DNA of 64,000 nucleotides from assembly GCA_964658305.1 (NCBI GenBank), contig OZ210884.1, forward strand, positions 8,370,001-8,434,000, given 5' to 3'. This stretch comes from Leptogorgia sarmentosa (Eukaryota). How positions within the stretch are numbered: position 1 is the first letter of the stretch; each line of letters begins with the position of its first letter. The notes beneath the pieces are model-generated. The model had not been told where the DNA came from. It made no database searches and saw only the letters and a program-made list of their open reading frames with translations. This document shows, piece by piece, positions 15,001 to 30,000 of the stretch. A program made the position numbers and the translations under genes.

Positions 15001-18000
15001 AGCCTAACCCCACCCTTTTCCTGCCTAACCGCAACCTTTCCAGCGTAACCCCACCCTTTTCGTGCCTAACCGCAACCTTTCCAGCCTAACCCCAGCCTTT
15101 TCCTGCCTAACCGCAACCTTTCCAGCCTAACCCCAACCTTTTCCAGCCTAACCGCAACCTTTCCAGCCTAACCCCACCCTTTTCCAGCCTAACCGCAACC
15201 GTTCCAGCCTAACCCCAGCCTTTTCCAGCCTAACCGCAGCCTTTTCCTGCCTAACCGCAACCTTTCCAGCCTAACCCCAGCCGTTTCCTGCCTAACCGCA
15301 ACCTTTCCAGCCTAAGCCCAGCCTTTTCGTGCCTAACCGCAACCTTTCCTGCCTAACCCCACCCTTTTCCTGCCTAACCGCAACCTTTCCAGCCTAACCC
15401 CAGCCTTTTCCTGCCTAACCGCAACCTTTCCAGCCTAACCCCAGCCTTTTCCAGCCTTACCGCAACCTTTCCAGCCTAACCCCACCCTTTTCCAGCCTAA
15501 CCGCAACCTTTCCAGCCTAACCCCAGCCTTTTCCAGCCTAACCGCAACCTTTCCAGCCTAACCCCACCCTTTTCCAGCCTAACCGCAACCTTTCCGGCCT
15601 AACCCCAGCCTTTTCCAGCCTAACCGCAGCCTTTTCCTGCCTAACCGCAACCTTTCCAGCCTAACCCCAGCCGTTTCCTGCCTAACCGCAACCTTTCCAG
15701 CCTAACCCCAGCCTTTTCGTGCCTAATCGCAACCTTTCCTGCCTAACCCCACCCTTTTCCTGCCTAACCGCAACCTTCCCAGCCTAACCCCAGCCTTTTC
15801 CTGCCTAACCGCAACCTTTCCAGCCTAACCCCAGCCTTTTCCAGCCTAACCGCAACCTTTCCAGCGTAACCCCACCCTTTTCCAGCATAACCGCAACCTT
15901 TCCAGCCTAACCCCAGCCTTTTCCAGCCTAACCGCAACCTTTCCAGCCTAACCCCACCCTTTTCCTGCCTAACCGCAACCTTTCCAGCCTAACCCCTGCC
16001 TTTTCCAGCCTAACCGCAACCTTTCCAGCCTAACCCCACCCTTTTCCTGCCTAACCGCAACCTTTCCAGCCTAACCGCAGCCTTTTCCTGCCTAACCGCA
16101 ACCTTTCCAGCCTAACCCCAGCCTTTTCCAGCCTAACCGCAACCTTTCCAGCCTAACCCCACCCTTTTCCAACCTAACCGCAACCTTTCCAGCCTAACCC
16201 CAGCCTTTTCCAGCCTAACCGCAACCTTTCCAGCCTAACCCCACCCTTTTCCTGCCTAACCGCTACCTTTCCAGCCTAACCCCAGCCTTTTCCAGCCTAA
16301 CCGCAACCTTTCCAGCCTAACCCCACCCTTTTCCTGCCTAACCGCAACCTTTCCAGCCTAACCCCAGCCTTTTCCAGCCTAACCGCAACCTTTCCAGCCT
16401 AACCCCACCCTTTTCCTGCCTAACCGCAACCTTTCCAGCCTAACCCCAGCCTTTTCCAGCCTAACCGCAACCTTTCCAGCCTAACCCCTCCCTTTTCCTG
16501 CCTAACCGCAACCTTTCCAGCCTAACCGCAGCCTTTTCCTGCCTAACCGCAACCTTTCCAGCCTAACCCCAGCCTTTTCCAGCCTAACCGCAACCTTTCC
16601 AGCCTAACCCCACCCTTTTCCAGCCTAACCGCAACCTTTCCAGCCTAACCCCAGCCTTTTCCAGCCTAACCGCAACCTTTCCAGCCTAACCCCACCCTTT
16701 TCCTGCCTAACCGCAATCTTTCCAGCCTAACCCCAGCCTTTTCCAGCCTAACCGCAACCTTTCCAGCCAAACCCCACCCTTTTCCTGCCTAACCGCAACC
16801 TTTCCAGCCTAACCCCAGCCTTTTCCAGCCTAACCGCAACCTTTCCAGCCTAACCCCACCCTTTTCCAGCATAACCGCAACCTTTCCAGCTTAACCCCAG
16901 CCTTTTCCAGCCTAACCGCAACCTTTCCAGCCTAACCCCACCCTTTTCCTGCCTAACCGCAACCTTTCCAGCCTAACCCCAGCCTTTTCCAGCCTAACCG
17001 CAACCTTTCCAGCCTAACCCCACCCTTTTCCTGCCTAACCGCAACCTTTCCAGCCTAACCGCAGCCTTTTCCTGCCTAACCGCAACCTTTCCAGCCTAAC
17101 CCCAGCCTTTTCCAGCCTAACCGCAACCTTTCCAGCCTAACCCCACCCTTTTCCAGCCTAACCGCAACCTTTCCAGCCTAACCCCAGCCTTTTCCAGCCT
17201 AACCGCAACCTTTCCAGCCTAACCCCACCCTTTTCCTGCCTAACCGCAACCTTTCCAGCCTAACCCCAGCCTTTTCCAGCCTAACCGCAACCTTTCCAGC
17301 CTAACCCCACCCTTTTCCTGCCTTACCGCAACCTTTTCAGCCTAACCGCAGCCTTTTCCTGCCTAACCGCAACCTTTCCAGCCTAACCCCAGCCTTTTCC
17401 AGCCTAACCGCAACCTTTCCAGCCTAACCCCACCCTTTTCCAGCCTAACCGCAACCTTTCCAGCCTAACCCCAGCCTTTTCCAGCCTAACCGCAACCTTT
17501 CCAGCCTAACCCCACCCTTTTCCTGCCTAGCCGCAATCTTTCCAGCCTAACCCCAGCCTTTTCCAGCCTAACCGCAACCTTTCCAGCCTAACCCCACCCT
17601 TTTCCTGCCTAACCGCAACCTTTCCAGCCTAACCCCAGCCTTTTCCAGCCTAAGCGCAACCTTTCCAGCCTAACCCCACCCTTTTCCAGCATAACCGCAA
17701 CCTTTCCAGCCTAACCCCAGCCTTTTCCAGCCTAACCGCAACCTTTCCAGCCTAACCCCACCCTTTTCCTGCCTAACCGCAACCTTTCCAGCCTAACCCC
17801 AGCCTTTTCCAGCCTAACCGCAACCTTTCCAGCCTAACCCCACACTTTTCCTGCCTAACCGCAACCTTTCCAGCCTAACCGCAGCCTTTTCCTGCCTAAC
17901 CGCAACCTTTCCAGCCTAACCCCAGCCTTTTCCAGCCTAACCGCAACCTTTCCAGCCTAACCCCACCCTTTTCCAGCCTAACCGCAACCTTTCCAGCCTA

Positions 18001-21000
18001 ACCCCAGCCTTTTCCAGCCTAACCGCAACCTTTCCAGCCTAACCTCACCCTTTTCCTGCCTAACCGCAACCTTTCCAGTCTAACGCCAGCCTTTTCCAGC
18101 CTAACCGCAACCTTTCCAGCCTAACCCCACCCTTTTCCTGCCTAACCGCAACCTTTCCAGCCAAACCCCAGCCTTTTCGTGCCTAACCGCAACCTTTCCT
18201 GCCTAACCCCACCCTTTTCCTGCCTAACCGCAACCTTTCCAGCCTAACCCCAGCCTTTTCCAGCCTAACCGCAACATTTCCAGCCTAACCCCACCCTTTT
18301 CCTGCCTAACCGCAACCTTTCCAGCCTAACCCCAGCCTTTTCCAGCCTAACCGCAACCTTTCCAGCCTAACCCCACCCTTTTCCTGCCTAACCGCAACCT
18401 TTCCAGCCTAACCCCAGCCTATTCGTGCCTAACCGCAACCTTTCCTGCCTAACCCCACCCTTTTCCTGCCTAACCGCAACCTTCCCAGCCTAACCCCAGC
18501 CTTTTCCTGCCTAACCGCAACCTTTCCAGCCTAACCCCAGCCTTTTCCAGCCTAACCGCAACCTTTCCAGCGTAACCCCACCCTTTTCCAGCATAACCGC
18601 AACCTTTCCAGCCTAACCCCAGCCTTTTCCAGCCTAACCGCAACCTTTCCAGCCTAACCCCACCCTTTTCCTGCCTAACCGCAACCTTTCCAGCCTAACC
18701 CCTGCCTTTTCCAGCCTAACCGCAACCTTTCCAGCCTAACCCCAGCCTTTTCCAGCCTAACCGCATCCTTTTCCTGCCTAACCGCAACCTTTCCAGCCTA
18801 ACCCCAGCCGTTTCCAGCCTAACCCCACCCTTTTCCTGCCTAACCGCAACCTTTCCAGCCTAACCCCAGCCTTTTCCAGCCTAACCGCAACCTTTCCAGC
18901 CTAACCCCAGCCTTTTCCTGCCTAACCGCAACCTTTCCAGCCTAACCCCAGCCTTTTCCAGCCTAACCGCAACCTTTCCAGCCTAACCCCACCCTTTTCC
19001 AGCCTAACCGCAACCTTTCCAGCTTAACCCCAGCCTTTTCCAGCCTAACCGCAGCCTTTTCCTGCCTAACCGCAACCTTTCCAGCCTAACCCCAGCCGTT
19101 TCCTGCCTAACTGAAACATTTCCAGCCTAACCCCAGCCTTTTCGTGCCTAACCGCAACCTTTCCTGCCTAACCCCACCCTTTTCCTGCCTAACCGCAACC
19201 TTCCCAGCCTAACCCCAGCCTTTTCCTGCCTAACCGCAACCTTTCCAGCCTAACCCCAGCCTTTTCCTGCCTAACCGCAACCTTTCCAGCCTAACCCCAG
19301 CCTTTTCCAGCCTAACCGCAACCTTTCCAGCCTAACCCCAGCCTTTTCCTGCCTAACCGCAACCTTTCCAGCCTAACCCCAGCCTTTTCCAGCCTAACCG
19401 CAACCTTTCCAGCCTAACCCCACCCTTTTCCAGCCTAACCGCAACCTTTCCAGCTTAACCCCAGCCTTTTCCAGCCTAACCGCAGCCTTTTCCTGCCTAA
19501 CCGCAACCTTTCCAGCCTAACCCCAGCCGTTTCCTGCCTAACCGAAACATTTCCAGCCTAACCCCAGCCTTTTCGTGCCTAACCGCAACCTTACCAGCCT
19601 AACCCCAGCCTTTTCCTGCCTAACCGCAACCTTTCCAGCCTAACCCCAGCCTTTTCCAGCCTAACCGCAACCTTTCCAGCCTAACCCCACCCTTTTCCAG
19701 CCTAACCGCAACCTTTCCAGCCTAACCCCAGCCTTTTCCAGCCTAACCGCAGCCTTTTCCTGCCTAACCGCAACCTTTCCAGCCTAACCTCAGCCGTTTC
19801 CTGCCTAACCGCAACCTTTCCAGCCTAACCCCAGCCTTTTCGCGCCTAACCGCAACCTTTCCTGCCTAACCCCACTCTTTTCCAGCCTAACCGCAACCTT
19901 TCCAGCCTAACCCCAGCCTTTTCCTGCCTAACCGCAACCTTTCCAGCCTAACCCCAGCCTTTTCCAGCCTAACCGCAGCCTTTTCCTGCCTAACCGCAAC
20001 CTTTCCAGCCCAACCCCAGCCGTTTCCTGCCTAACCGCAACCTTTCCAGCCTAACCCCAGCCTTTTCGTGCCTAACCGCAACCTTTCCTGCCTAACCCCA
20101 CCCTTTTCCTGCCTAACCGCAACCTTTCCAGCCTAACCCCAGCCTTTTCCTGCCTAACCGCAACCTTTCCAGCCTAACCCCAGCCTTTTCCAGCCTAACC
20201 GCAACCTTTCCAGCCTAACCCCAGCCTTTTCCAGCCTAACCGCAACCTTTCCAGCCTAACCCCACCCTTTTCCTGCCTAACCGCAACCTTTCCAGCCTAA
20301 CCCAAGCCTTTTCCAGCCTAACCGCAACCTTTCCAGCCTAACCCCACCCTTTTCCTGCCTAACCGCAATCTTTCCAGCCTAACCGAAGCCTTTTCCTGGC
20401 TAACCGCAACCTTTCCAGCCTAACCCCAGCCTTTTCCAGCCTAACCGCAACCTTTCCAGCCTAACCCCACCCTTTTCCAGCCTAACCGCAACCTTTCCAG
20501 CCTAACCCCAGCCTTTTCCTGCCTAACCGCAGCCTTTCCAGCCTAACCGCAACCTTTCCAGCCTAACCCCAGCCTTTCCAGCCTAACCCCAGCCTTTTCG
20601 TGCCTAACCGCAACCTTTCCTGCCTAACCCCACCCTTTTGCTGCCTAACCGCAACCTTTCCAGCCTAACCCCAGCCGTTTCCTGCCTAACCGCAACCTTT
20701 CCAGCCTAACCCCACCCTTTTCCAGCCTAACCGCAACCTTTCCAGCCTAACCCCAGCCTTTTCCAGCCTAACCGCAGCCTTTTCCTGCCTAACCGCAACC
20801 TTTCCAGCCTAACCCCAGCCGTTTCCTGCCTAACCGCAACCTTTCCAGCCTAACCCCAGCCTTTTCGTGCCTAACCGCAACCTTTCCTGCCTAACCCCAC
20901 TCTTTTCCTGCCTAACCGCAACCTTTCCAGCCTAACCCCAGCCTTTTCCTGCCTAACCGCAACCTTTCCAGCCTAACCCCAGCCTTTTCCAGCCTAACCG

Positions 21001-24000
21001 CAGCCTTTTCCTGCCTAACCGCAACCTTTCCAGCCTAACCCCAGCCGTTTCCTGCCTAACCGCAACCTTTCCAGCCTAACCCCAGCCTTTTCGTGCCTAA
21101 CCGCAACCTTTCCAGCCTAACCCCAGCCTTTCCAGCCTAACCCCAGCCTTTTCGTGCCTAACCGCAACCTTTCCTGCCTAACCCCACCCTTTTGCTGCCT
21201 AACCGCAACCTTTCCAGCCTAACCCCAGCCGTTTCCTGCCTAACCGCAACCTTTCCAGCCTAACCCCACCCTTTTCCAGCCTAACCGCAACCTTTCCAGC
21301 CTAACCCAAGCCTTTTCCAGCCTAACCGCAGCCTTTTCCTGCCTAACCGCAACCTTTCCAGCCTAACCCCAGCCGTTTCCTGCCTAACCGCAACCTTTCC
21401 AGCCTAACCCCAGCCTTTTCGTGCCTAACCGCAACCTTTCCTGCCTAACCCCACTCTTTTCCTGCCTAACCGCAACCTTTCCAGCCTAACCCCAGCCTTT
21501 TCCTGCCTAACCGCAACCTTTCCAGCCTAACCCCAGCCTTTTCCAGCCTAACCGCAGCCTTTTCCTGCCTAACGGCAACCTTTCCAGCCTAACCCCAGCC
21601 GTTTCCTGCCTAACCGCAACCTTTCCAGCCTAACCCCAGCCTTTTCGTGCCTAACCGCAACCTTTCCAGCCTAACCCAAGCCTTTTCCAGCCTAACCGCA
21701 ACATTTCCAGCCTAACCCCACCCTTTTCCAGCCTAACCGCAACCTTTCCAGCCTAACCCCAGCCTTTTCCAGCCTAACCCCACCCTTTTCCTGCCTAACC
21801 GCAACCTTTCCAGCCTAACCCCAGCCTTTTCCAGCCTAACCGCAACCTTTCCAGCCTAACCCCACCCTTTTCCTGCCTAACCGCAACCTTTCCAGCCTAA
21901 CCCCAGCCTTTTCCAGCCTAACCGCAACCTTTCCAGCCTAACCCCACCCTTTTCCTGCCTAACCGCAACCTTTCCAGCCTAACCCCAGCCTTTTCGTGCC
22001 TAACCGCAACCTTTCCTGCCTAACCCCAGCCTTTTCCTGCCTAACCGCAACCTTACCAGCCTAACCCCAGCCTTTTCCTGCCTAACCGCAACCTTTCCAG
22101 CCTAACCCCAGCCTTTTCCAGCCTAACCGCAACCTTTCCAGCCTAACCCCACCCTTTTCCAGCCTAACCGCAACCTTTCCAGCCTAACCCCAGCCTTTTC
22201 CAGCCTAACCGCAGCCTTTTCCTGCCTAACCGCAACCTTTCCAGCCTAACCCCAGCCGTTTCCTGCCTAACCGCAACCTTTCCAGCCTAACCCCAGCCTT
22301 TTCGTGCCTAACCGCAACCTTTCCTGCCTAACCCCAGCCTTTTCCAGCCTAACCGCAACCTTTCCAGCCTAACCCCACCCTTTTCCAGCCTAACCGCAAC
22401 CTTTCCAGCTTAACCCCAGCCTTTTCCAGCCTAACCGCAGCCTTTTCCTGCCTAACCGCAACCTTTCCAGCCTAACCCCAGCCGTTTGCTGCCTAACCGA
22501 AACATTTCCAGCCTAACCCCAGCCTTTTCGTGCCTAACCGCAACCTTTCCTGCCTAACCCCACCCTTTTCCTGCCTAACCGCAACCTTCCCGGCCTAACC
22601 CCAGCCTTTTCCTGCCTAACCGCAACCTTTCCAGCCTAACCCCAGCCTTTTCCTGCCTAACCGCAACCTTTCCAGCCTAACCCCAGCCTTTTCCAGCCTA
22701 ACCGCAACCTTTCCAGCCTAACCCCACCCTTTTCCTGCCTAACCGCAACATTTCCAGCCTAACCCCAGCCTTTCTCAGCCTAACCGCAACCTTTCCAGCC
22801 TAACCCCAGCCTTTTCCTGCCTAACCGCAACCTTTCCAGCCTAACCCCAGCCTTTTCCTGCCTAACCGCAACCTTTCCAGCCTAACCCCAGCCTTTTCCA
22901 GCCTAACCGCAACCTTTCCAGCCTAACCCCACCCTTTTCCTGCCTAACCGCAACCTTTCCAGCCTAACCCCACCCTTTTCCTGCCTAACCGCAACCTTTC
23001 CAGCCTAACCGCAGCCTTTTCCTGCCTAACCGCAACCTTTCCAGCCTAACCCCAGCCTTTTCCTGCCTAACCGCAACCTTTCCAGCCTAACCCAAGCCTT
23101 TTCCAGCCTAACCGCAACCTTTCCAGCCTAACCCCAGCCTTTTCCAGCCTAACCGCAGCCTTTTCCTGCCTAACCGCAACCTTTCCAGCCTAACCCCAGC
23201 CGTTTCCAGCCTAACCCCACCCTTTTCCTGCCTAACCGCAACCTTTCCAGCCTAACCCCAGCCTTTTCCAGCCTAACCGCAACCTTTCCAGCCTAACCCC
23301 AGCCTTTTCCAGCCTAACCGCAACCTTTCCAGCCTAACCCCACCCTTTTCCTGCCTAACCGCAACCTTTCCAGCCTAACCCCAGCCTTTTCCAGCCTAAC
23401 CGCAACCTTTCCAGCCTAACCCCACCCTTTTCCTGCCTAACCGCAACCTTTCCAGCCTAACCCCAGCCTTTTCGTGCCTAACCGCAACCTTTCCTGCCTA
23501 ACCCCACCCTTTTCCTGCCTAACCGCTACCTTTCCAGCCTAACCCCAGCCTTTTCCTGCGTAACCGCAACCTTTCCAGCCTAACCCAAGCCTTTTCCAGC
23601 CTAACCGCAACCTTTCCAGCCTAACCCCACCCTTTTCCAGCCTAACCGCAACCTTTCCAGCCTAACCCCAGCCTTTTCCAGCCTAACCGCAGCCTTTTCC
23701 TGCCTAACCGCAACCTTTCCAGCCTAACCCCAGCCGTTTCCAGCCTAACCCCACCCTTTTCCTGCCTAAGCGCAACCTTTCCAGCCTAACCCCAGCCTTT
23801 TCCAGCCTAACCGCAACCTTTCCAGCCTAACCCCACCCTTTTCCTGCCTAACGGCAACCTTTCCAGCCTAACCCCAGCCTTTTCGTGCCTAACCGCAACC
23901 TTTCCTGCCTAACCCCAGCCTTTTCCTGCCTAACCGCAACCTTACCAGCCTAACCCCAGCCTTTTCCTGCCTAACCGCAACCTTTCCAGCCTAACCCCAG

Positions 24001-27000
24001 CCTTTTCCAGCCTAACCGCAACCTTTCCAGCCTAACCCCACCCTTTTCCAGCCTAACCGCAACCTTTCCAGCCTAACCCCAGCCTTTTCCAGCCTAACCG
24101 CAGCCTTTTCCTGCCTAACCGCAACCTTTCCAGCCTAACCCCAGCCGTTTCCTGCCTAACCGCAACCTTTCCAGCCTAACCCCAGCCTTTTCGTGCCTAA
24201 CCGCAACCTTTCCTGCCTAACCCCACCCTTTTTCTGCCTAACCGCAACCTTTCCAGCCTAACCCCAGCCTTTTCCTGCCTAACCGCAACCTTTCCAGCCT
24301 AACCCCAGCCTTTTCCAGCCTAACCGCAGCCTTTTCCTGCCTAACCGCAACCTTTCCAGGCTAACCCCAGCCGTTTCCTGCCTAACCGCAACCTTTCCAG
24401 CCTAACCCCAGCCTTTTCGTGCCTAACCGCAACCTTTCCTGCCTAACCGCACCCTTTTCCTGCCTAACCGCAACCTTTCCAGCCTAACCCCAGCCTTTTC
24501 CTGCCTAACCGCAACCTTTCCAGCCTAACCCCAGCCTTTTCCAGCCTAACCGCAACCTTTCCAGCCTAACCCCAGCCTTTTCCAGCCTAACCGCAACCTT
24601 TCCAGCCTAACCCCACCCTTTTCCTGCCTAACCGCAACCTTTCCAGCCTAACCCAAGCCTTTTCCAGCCTAACCGCAACCTTTCCAGCCTAACCCCACCC
24701 TTTTCCTGCCTAACCGCAATCTTTCCAGCCTAACCGAAGCCTTTTCCTGGCTAACCGCAACCTTTCCAGCCTAACCCCAGCCTTTTCCAGCCTAACCGCA
24801 ACCTTTCCAGCCTAACCCCAGCCTTTTCCAGCCTAACCGCAACCTTTCCAGCCTAACCCCACCCTTTTCCAGCCTAACCGCAACCTTTCCAGCCTAACCC
24901 CAGCCTTTTCCTGCCTAACCGCAACCTTTCCAGCCTAACCCAAGCCTTTTCCAGCCTAACCGCAACCTTTCCAGCCTAACCCCATCCTTTTCCAGCCTAA
25001 CCGCAACCTTTCCAGCCTAACCCCATCCTTTTCCTGCCTAACCGCAGCCTTTCCAGCCTAACCGCAACCTTTCCAGCCTAACCCCAGCCTTTCCAGCCTA
25101 ACCCCAGCCTTTTCGTGTCTAACCGCAACCTTTCCTGCCTAACCCCACCCTTTTGCTGCCTAACCGCAACCTTTCCAGCCTAACCCCAGCCGTTTCCTGC
25201 CTAACCGCAACCTTTCCAGCCTAACCCCACCCTTTTCCAGCCTAACCGCAACCTTTCCAGCCTAACCCCAGCCTTTTCCAGCCTAACCGCAGCCTTTTCC
25301 TGCCTAACCGCAACCTTTCCAGCCTAACCCCAGCCGTTTCCTGCCTAACCGCAACCTTTCCAGCCTAACCCCAGCCTTTTCGTGCCTAACCGCAACCTTT
25401 CCTGCCTAACCCCACTCTTTTCCTGCCTAACCGCAACCTTTCCAGCCTAACCCCAGCCTTTTCCAGCCTAACCCCAGCCTTTTCCAGCCTAACCGCAACC
25501 TTTCCAGCCTAACCGCAACCTTTCCAGCCTAACCGCAACCTTTCCAGCCTAACCTAACCCCAGCCTAACCCCAGCCTTTTCCTTCCTAACCCCAGCCTTT
25601 TCCAGCTAACCCCAGCCTTTTCCAGCCTAACCGCAACCTTTCCAGCCTAACCCCACCCTTTTCCAGCCTAACCGCAACCTTTCCAGCCTAACCCCAGCCT
25701 TTTCCAGCCTAACCGCAGCCTTTTCCTGCCTAACCGCAACCTTTCCAGCCTAACCCCAGCCGTTTCCTGCCTAACCGCAACCTTTCCAGCCTAACCCCAG
25801 CCTTTTCGTGCCTAACCGCAACCTTTCCTGCCTAACCCCACTCTTTTCCTGCCTAACCGCAACCTTTCCAGCCTAACCCCAGCCTTTTCCAGCCTAACCC
25901 CAGCCTTTTCCAGCCTAACCGCAACCTTTCCAGCCTAACCGCAACCTTTCCAGCCTAACCGCAACCTTTCCAGCCTAACCTAACCCCAGCCTAACCCCAG
26001 CCTTTTCCTGCCTAACCCCAGCCTTTTCCAGCTAACCCCAGCCTTTTCCAGCCTAACCGCAACCTTTCCAGCCTAACCCCAGCCTTTTCCAGCCTAACCG
26101 CAACCTTTCCAGCCTAACCCCAGCCTTTTCCAGCCTAACCGCAACCTTTCCAGCCTAACCCCACCCTTTTCCTGCCTAACCGCAACCTTTCCAGCCTAAC
26201 CCCAGCCTTTTCCAGCCTAACCGCAACCTTTCCAGCCTAACCCCACCCTTTTCCTGCCTAACCGCAACCTTTCCAGCCTAACCCCAGCCTTTTCCTGCCT
26301 AACCGCAACCTTTCCAGCCTAACCCCAGCCTTTTCCTGCCTAACCGCAACCTTTCCAGCCTAACCCCAGCCTTTTCCAGCCTAACCGCAACCTTTCCAGC
26401 CTAACCCCAGCCTTTTCCAGCCTAACCGCAACCTTTCCAGCCTAACCCCACCCTTTTCCTGCCTAACCGCAACCTTTCCAGCCTAACCCAAGCCTTTTCC
26501 AGCCTAACCGCAACCTTTCCAGCCTAACCCCACCCTTTTCCTGCCTAACCGCAATCTTTCCAGCCTAACCGAAGCCTTTTCCTGGCTAACCGCAACCTTT
26601 CCAGCCTAACCCCAGCCTTTTCCAGCCTAACCGCAACCTTTCCAGCCTAACCCCAGCCTTTTCCAGCCTAACCGCAACCTTTCCAGCCTAACCCCACCCT
26701 TTTCCAGCCTAACCGCAACCTTTCCAGCCTAACCCCAGCCTTTTCCTGCCTAACCGCAACCTTTCCAGCCTAACCCAAGCCTTTTCCAGCCTAACCGCAA
26801 CCTTTCCAGCCTAACCCCATCCTTTTCCAGCCTAACCGCAACCTTTCCAGCCTAACCCCATCCTTTTCCTGCCTAACCGCAGCCTTTCCAGCCTAACCGC
26901 AACCTTTCCAGCCTAACCCCAGCCTTTCCAGCCTAACCCCAGCCTTTTCGTGTCTAACCGCAACCTTTCCTGCCTAACCCCACCCTTTTGCTGCCTAACC

Positions 27001-30000
27001 GCAACCTTTCCAGCCTAACCCCAGCCGTTTCCTGCCTAACCGCAACCTTTCCAGCCTAACCCCACCCTTTTCCAGCCTAACCGCAACCTTTCCAGCCTAA
27101 CCCCAGCCTTTTCCAGCCTAACCGCAGCCTTTTCCTGCCTAACCGCAACCTTTCCAGCCTAACCCCAGCCGTTTCCTGCCTAACCGCAACCTTTCCAGCC
27201 TAACCCCAGCCTTTTCGTGCCTAACCGCAACCTTTCCTGCCTAACCCCACTCTTTTCCTGCCTAACCGCAACCTTTCCAGCCTAACCCCAGCCTTTTCCA
27301 GCCTAACCCCAGCCTTTTCCAGCCTAACCGCAACCTTTCCAGCCTAACCGCAACCTTTCCAGCCTAACCGCAACCTTTCCAGCCTAACCTAACCCCAGCC
27401 TAACCCCAGCCTTTTCCTGCCTAACCCCAGCCTTTTCCAGCTAACCCCAGCCTTTTCCAGCCTAACCGCAACCTTTCCAGCCTAACCCCAGCCTTTTCCA
27501 GCCTAACCGCAACCTTTCCAGCCTAACCCCACCCTTTTCCAGCCTAACCGCAACCTTTCCAGCCTAACCCCACCCTTTTCCTGCCTAACCGCAACCTTTC
27601 CAGCCTAACCCCAGCCTTTTCCAGCCTAACCGCAACCTTTCCAGCCTAACCCCACCCTTTTCCTGCCTAACCGCAACCTTTCCAGCCTAACCCCAGCCTT
27701 TTCGTGCCTAACCGCAACCTTTCCTGCCTAACCCCACCCTTTTCCTGCCTAACCGCTACCTTTCCAGCCTAACCCCAGCCTTTTCCTGCGTAACCGCAAC
27801 CTTTCCAGCCTAACCCAAGCCTTTTCCAGCCTAACCGCAACCTTTCCAGCCTAACCCCACCCTTTTCCAGCCTAACCGCAACCTTTCCAGCCTAACCCCA
27901 GCCTTTTCCAGCCTAACCGCAGCCTTTTCCTGCCTAACCGCAACCTTTCCAGCCTAACCCCAGCCGTTTCCAGCCTAACCCCACCCTTTTCCAGCCTAAC
28001 CGCAACCTTTCCAGCCTAACCCCACCCTTTTCCAGCCTAACCGCAACCTTTCCAGCCTAACCCCAGCCTTTTCCAGCCTAACCGCAGCCTTTTCCTGCCT
28101 AACCGCAACCTTTCCAGCCTAACCCCAGCCGTTTCCTGCCTAACCGCAACCTTTCCAGCCTAACCCCAGCCTTTTCGTGCCTAACCGCAACCTTTCCTGC
28201 CTAACCCCACCCTTTTTCTGCCTAACCGCAACCTTTCCAGCCTAACCCCAGCCTTTTCCTGCCTAACCGCAACCTTTCCAGCCTAACCCCAGCCTTTTCC
28301 AGCCTAACCGCAGCCTTTTCCTGCCTAACCGCAACCTTTCCAGGCTAACCCCAGCCGTTTCCTGCCTAACCGCAACCTTTCCAGCCTAACCCCAGCCTTT
28401 TCGTGCCTAACCGCAACCTTTCCTGCCTAACCGCACCCTTTTCCTGCCTAACCGCAACCTTTCCAGCCTAACCCCAGCCTTTTCCTGCCTAACCGCAACC
28501 TTTCCAGCCTAACCCCAGCCTTTTCCAGCCTAACCGCAACCTTTCCAGCCTAACCCCAGCCTTTTCCAGCCTAACCGCAACCTTTCCAGCCTAACCCCAC
28601 CCTTTTCCTGCCTAACCGCAACCTTTCCAGCCTAACCCAAGCCTTTTCCAGCCTAACCGCAACCTTTCCAGCCTAACCCCACCCTTTTCCTGCCTAACCG
28701 CAATCTTTCCAGCCTAACCGAAGCCTTTTCCTGGCTAACCGCAACCTTTCCAGCCTAACCCCAGCCTTTTCCAGCCTAACCGCAACCTTTCCAGCCTAAC
28801 CCCAGCCTTTTCCAGCCTAACCGCAACCTTTCCAGCCTAACCCCACCCTTTTCCAGCCTAACCGCAACCTTTCCAGCCTAACCCCAGCCTTTTCCTGCCT
28901 AACCGCAACCTTTCCAGCCTAACCCAAGCCTTTTCCAGCCTAACCGCAACCTTTCCAGCCTAACCCCACCCTTTTCCAGCCTAACCGCAACCTTTCCAGC
29001 CTAACCCCAGCCTTTTCCAGCCTAACCCCACCCTTTTCCTGCCTAACCGCAACCTTTCCAGCCTAACCCCACCCTTTTCCTGCCTAACCGCAACCTTTCC
29101 AGCCTAACCCCAGCCTTTTCCAGCCTAACCGCAACCTTTCCAGCCTAACCCCACCCTTTTCCTGCCTAACCGCTACCTTTCCAGCCTAACCCCAGCCTTT
29201 TCGTGCCTAACCGCAACCTTTCCAGCCTAACCCCACCCTTTCCAGCCTAATCCCAGCCTTTTCCTGCCTAACCGCAACCTTTCCAGCCTAACCCCAGCCT
29301 TTTCCAGCCTAACCGCAGCCTTTTCCTGCCTAACCGCAACCTTTCCAGGCTAACCCCAGCCGTTTCCTGCCTAACCGCAACCTTTCCAGCCTAACCCCAG
29401 CCTTTTCGTGCCTAACCGCAACCTTTCCTGCCTAACCGCACCCTTTTCCTGCCTAACCGCAACCTTTCCAGCCTAACCCCAGCCTTTTCCTGCCTAACCG
29501 CAACCTTTCCAGCCTAACCCCAGCCTTTTCCAGCCTAACCGCAACCTTTCCAGCCTAACCCCAGCCTTTTCCAGCCTAACCGCAACCTTTCCAGCCTAAC
29601 CCCACCCTTTTCCTGCCTAACCGCAACCTTTCCAGCCTAACCCAAGCCTTTTCCAGCCTAACCGCAACCTTTCCAGCCTAACCCCACCCTTTTCCTGCCA
29701 AACCGCAATCTTTCCAGCCTAACCGAAGCCTTTTCCTGGCTAACCGCAACCTTTCCAGCCTAACCCCAGCCTTTTCCAGCCTAACCGCAACCTTTCCAGC
29801 CTAACCCCAGCCTTTTCCAGCCTAACCGCAACCTTTCCAGCCTAACCCCACCCTTTTCCAGCCTAACCGCAACCTTTCCAGCCTAACCCCAGCCTTTTCC
29901 TGCCTAACCGCAACCTTTCCAGCCTAACCCAAGCCTTTTCCAGCCTAACCGCAACCTTTCCAGCCTAACCCCACCCTTTTCCAGCCTAACCGCAACCTTT

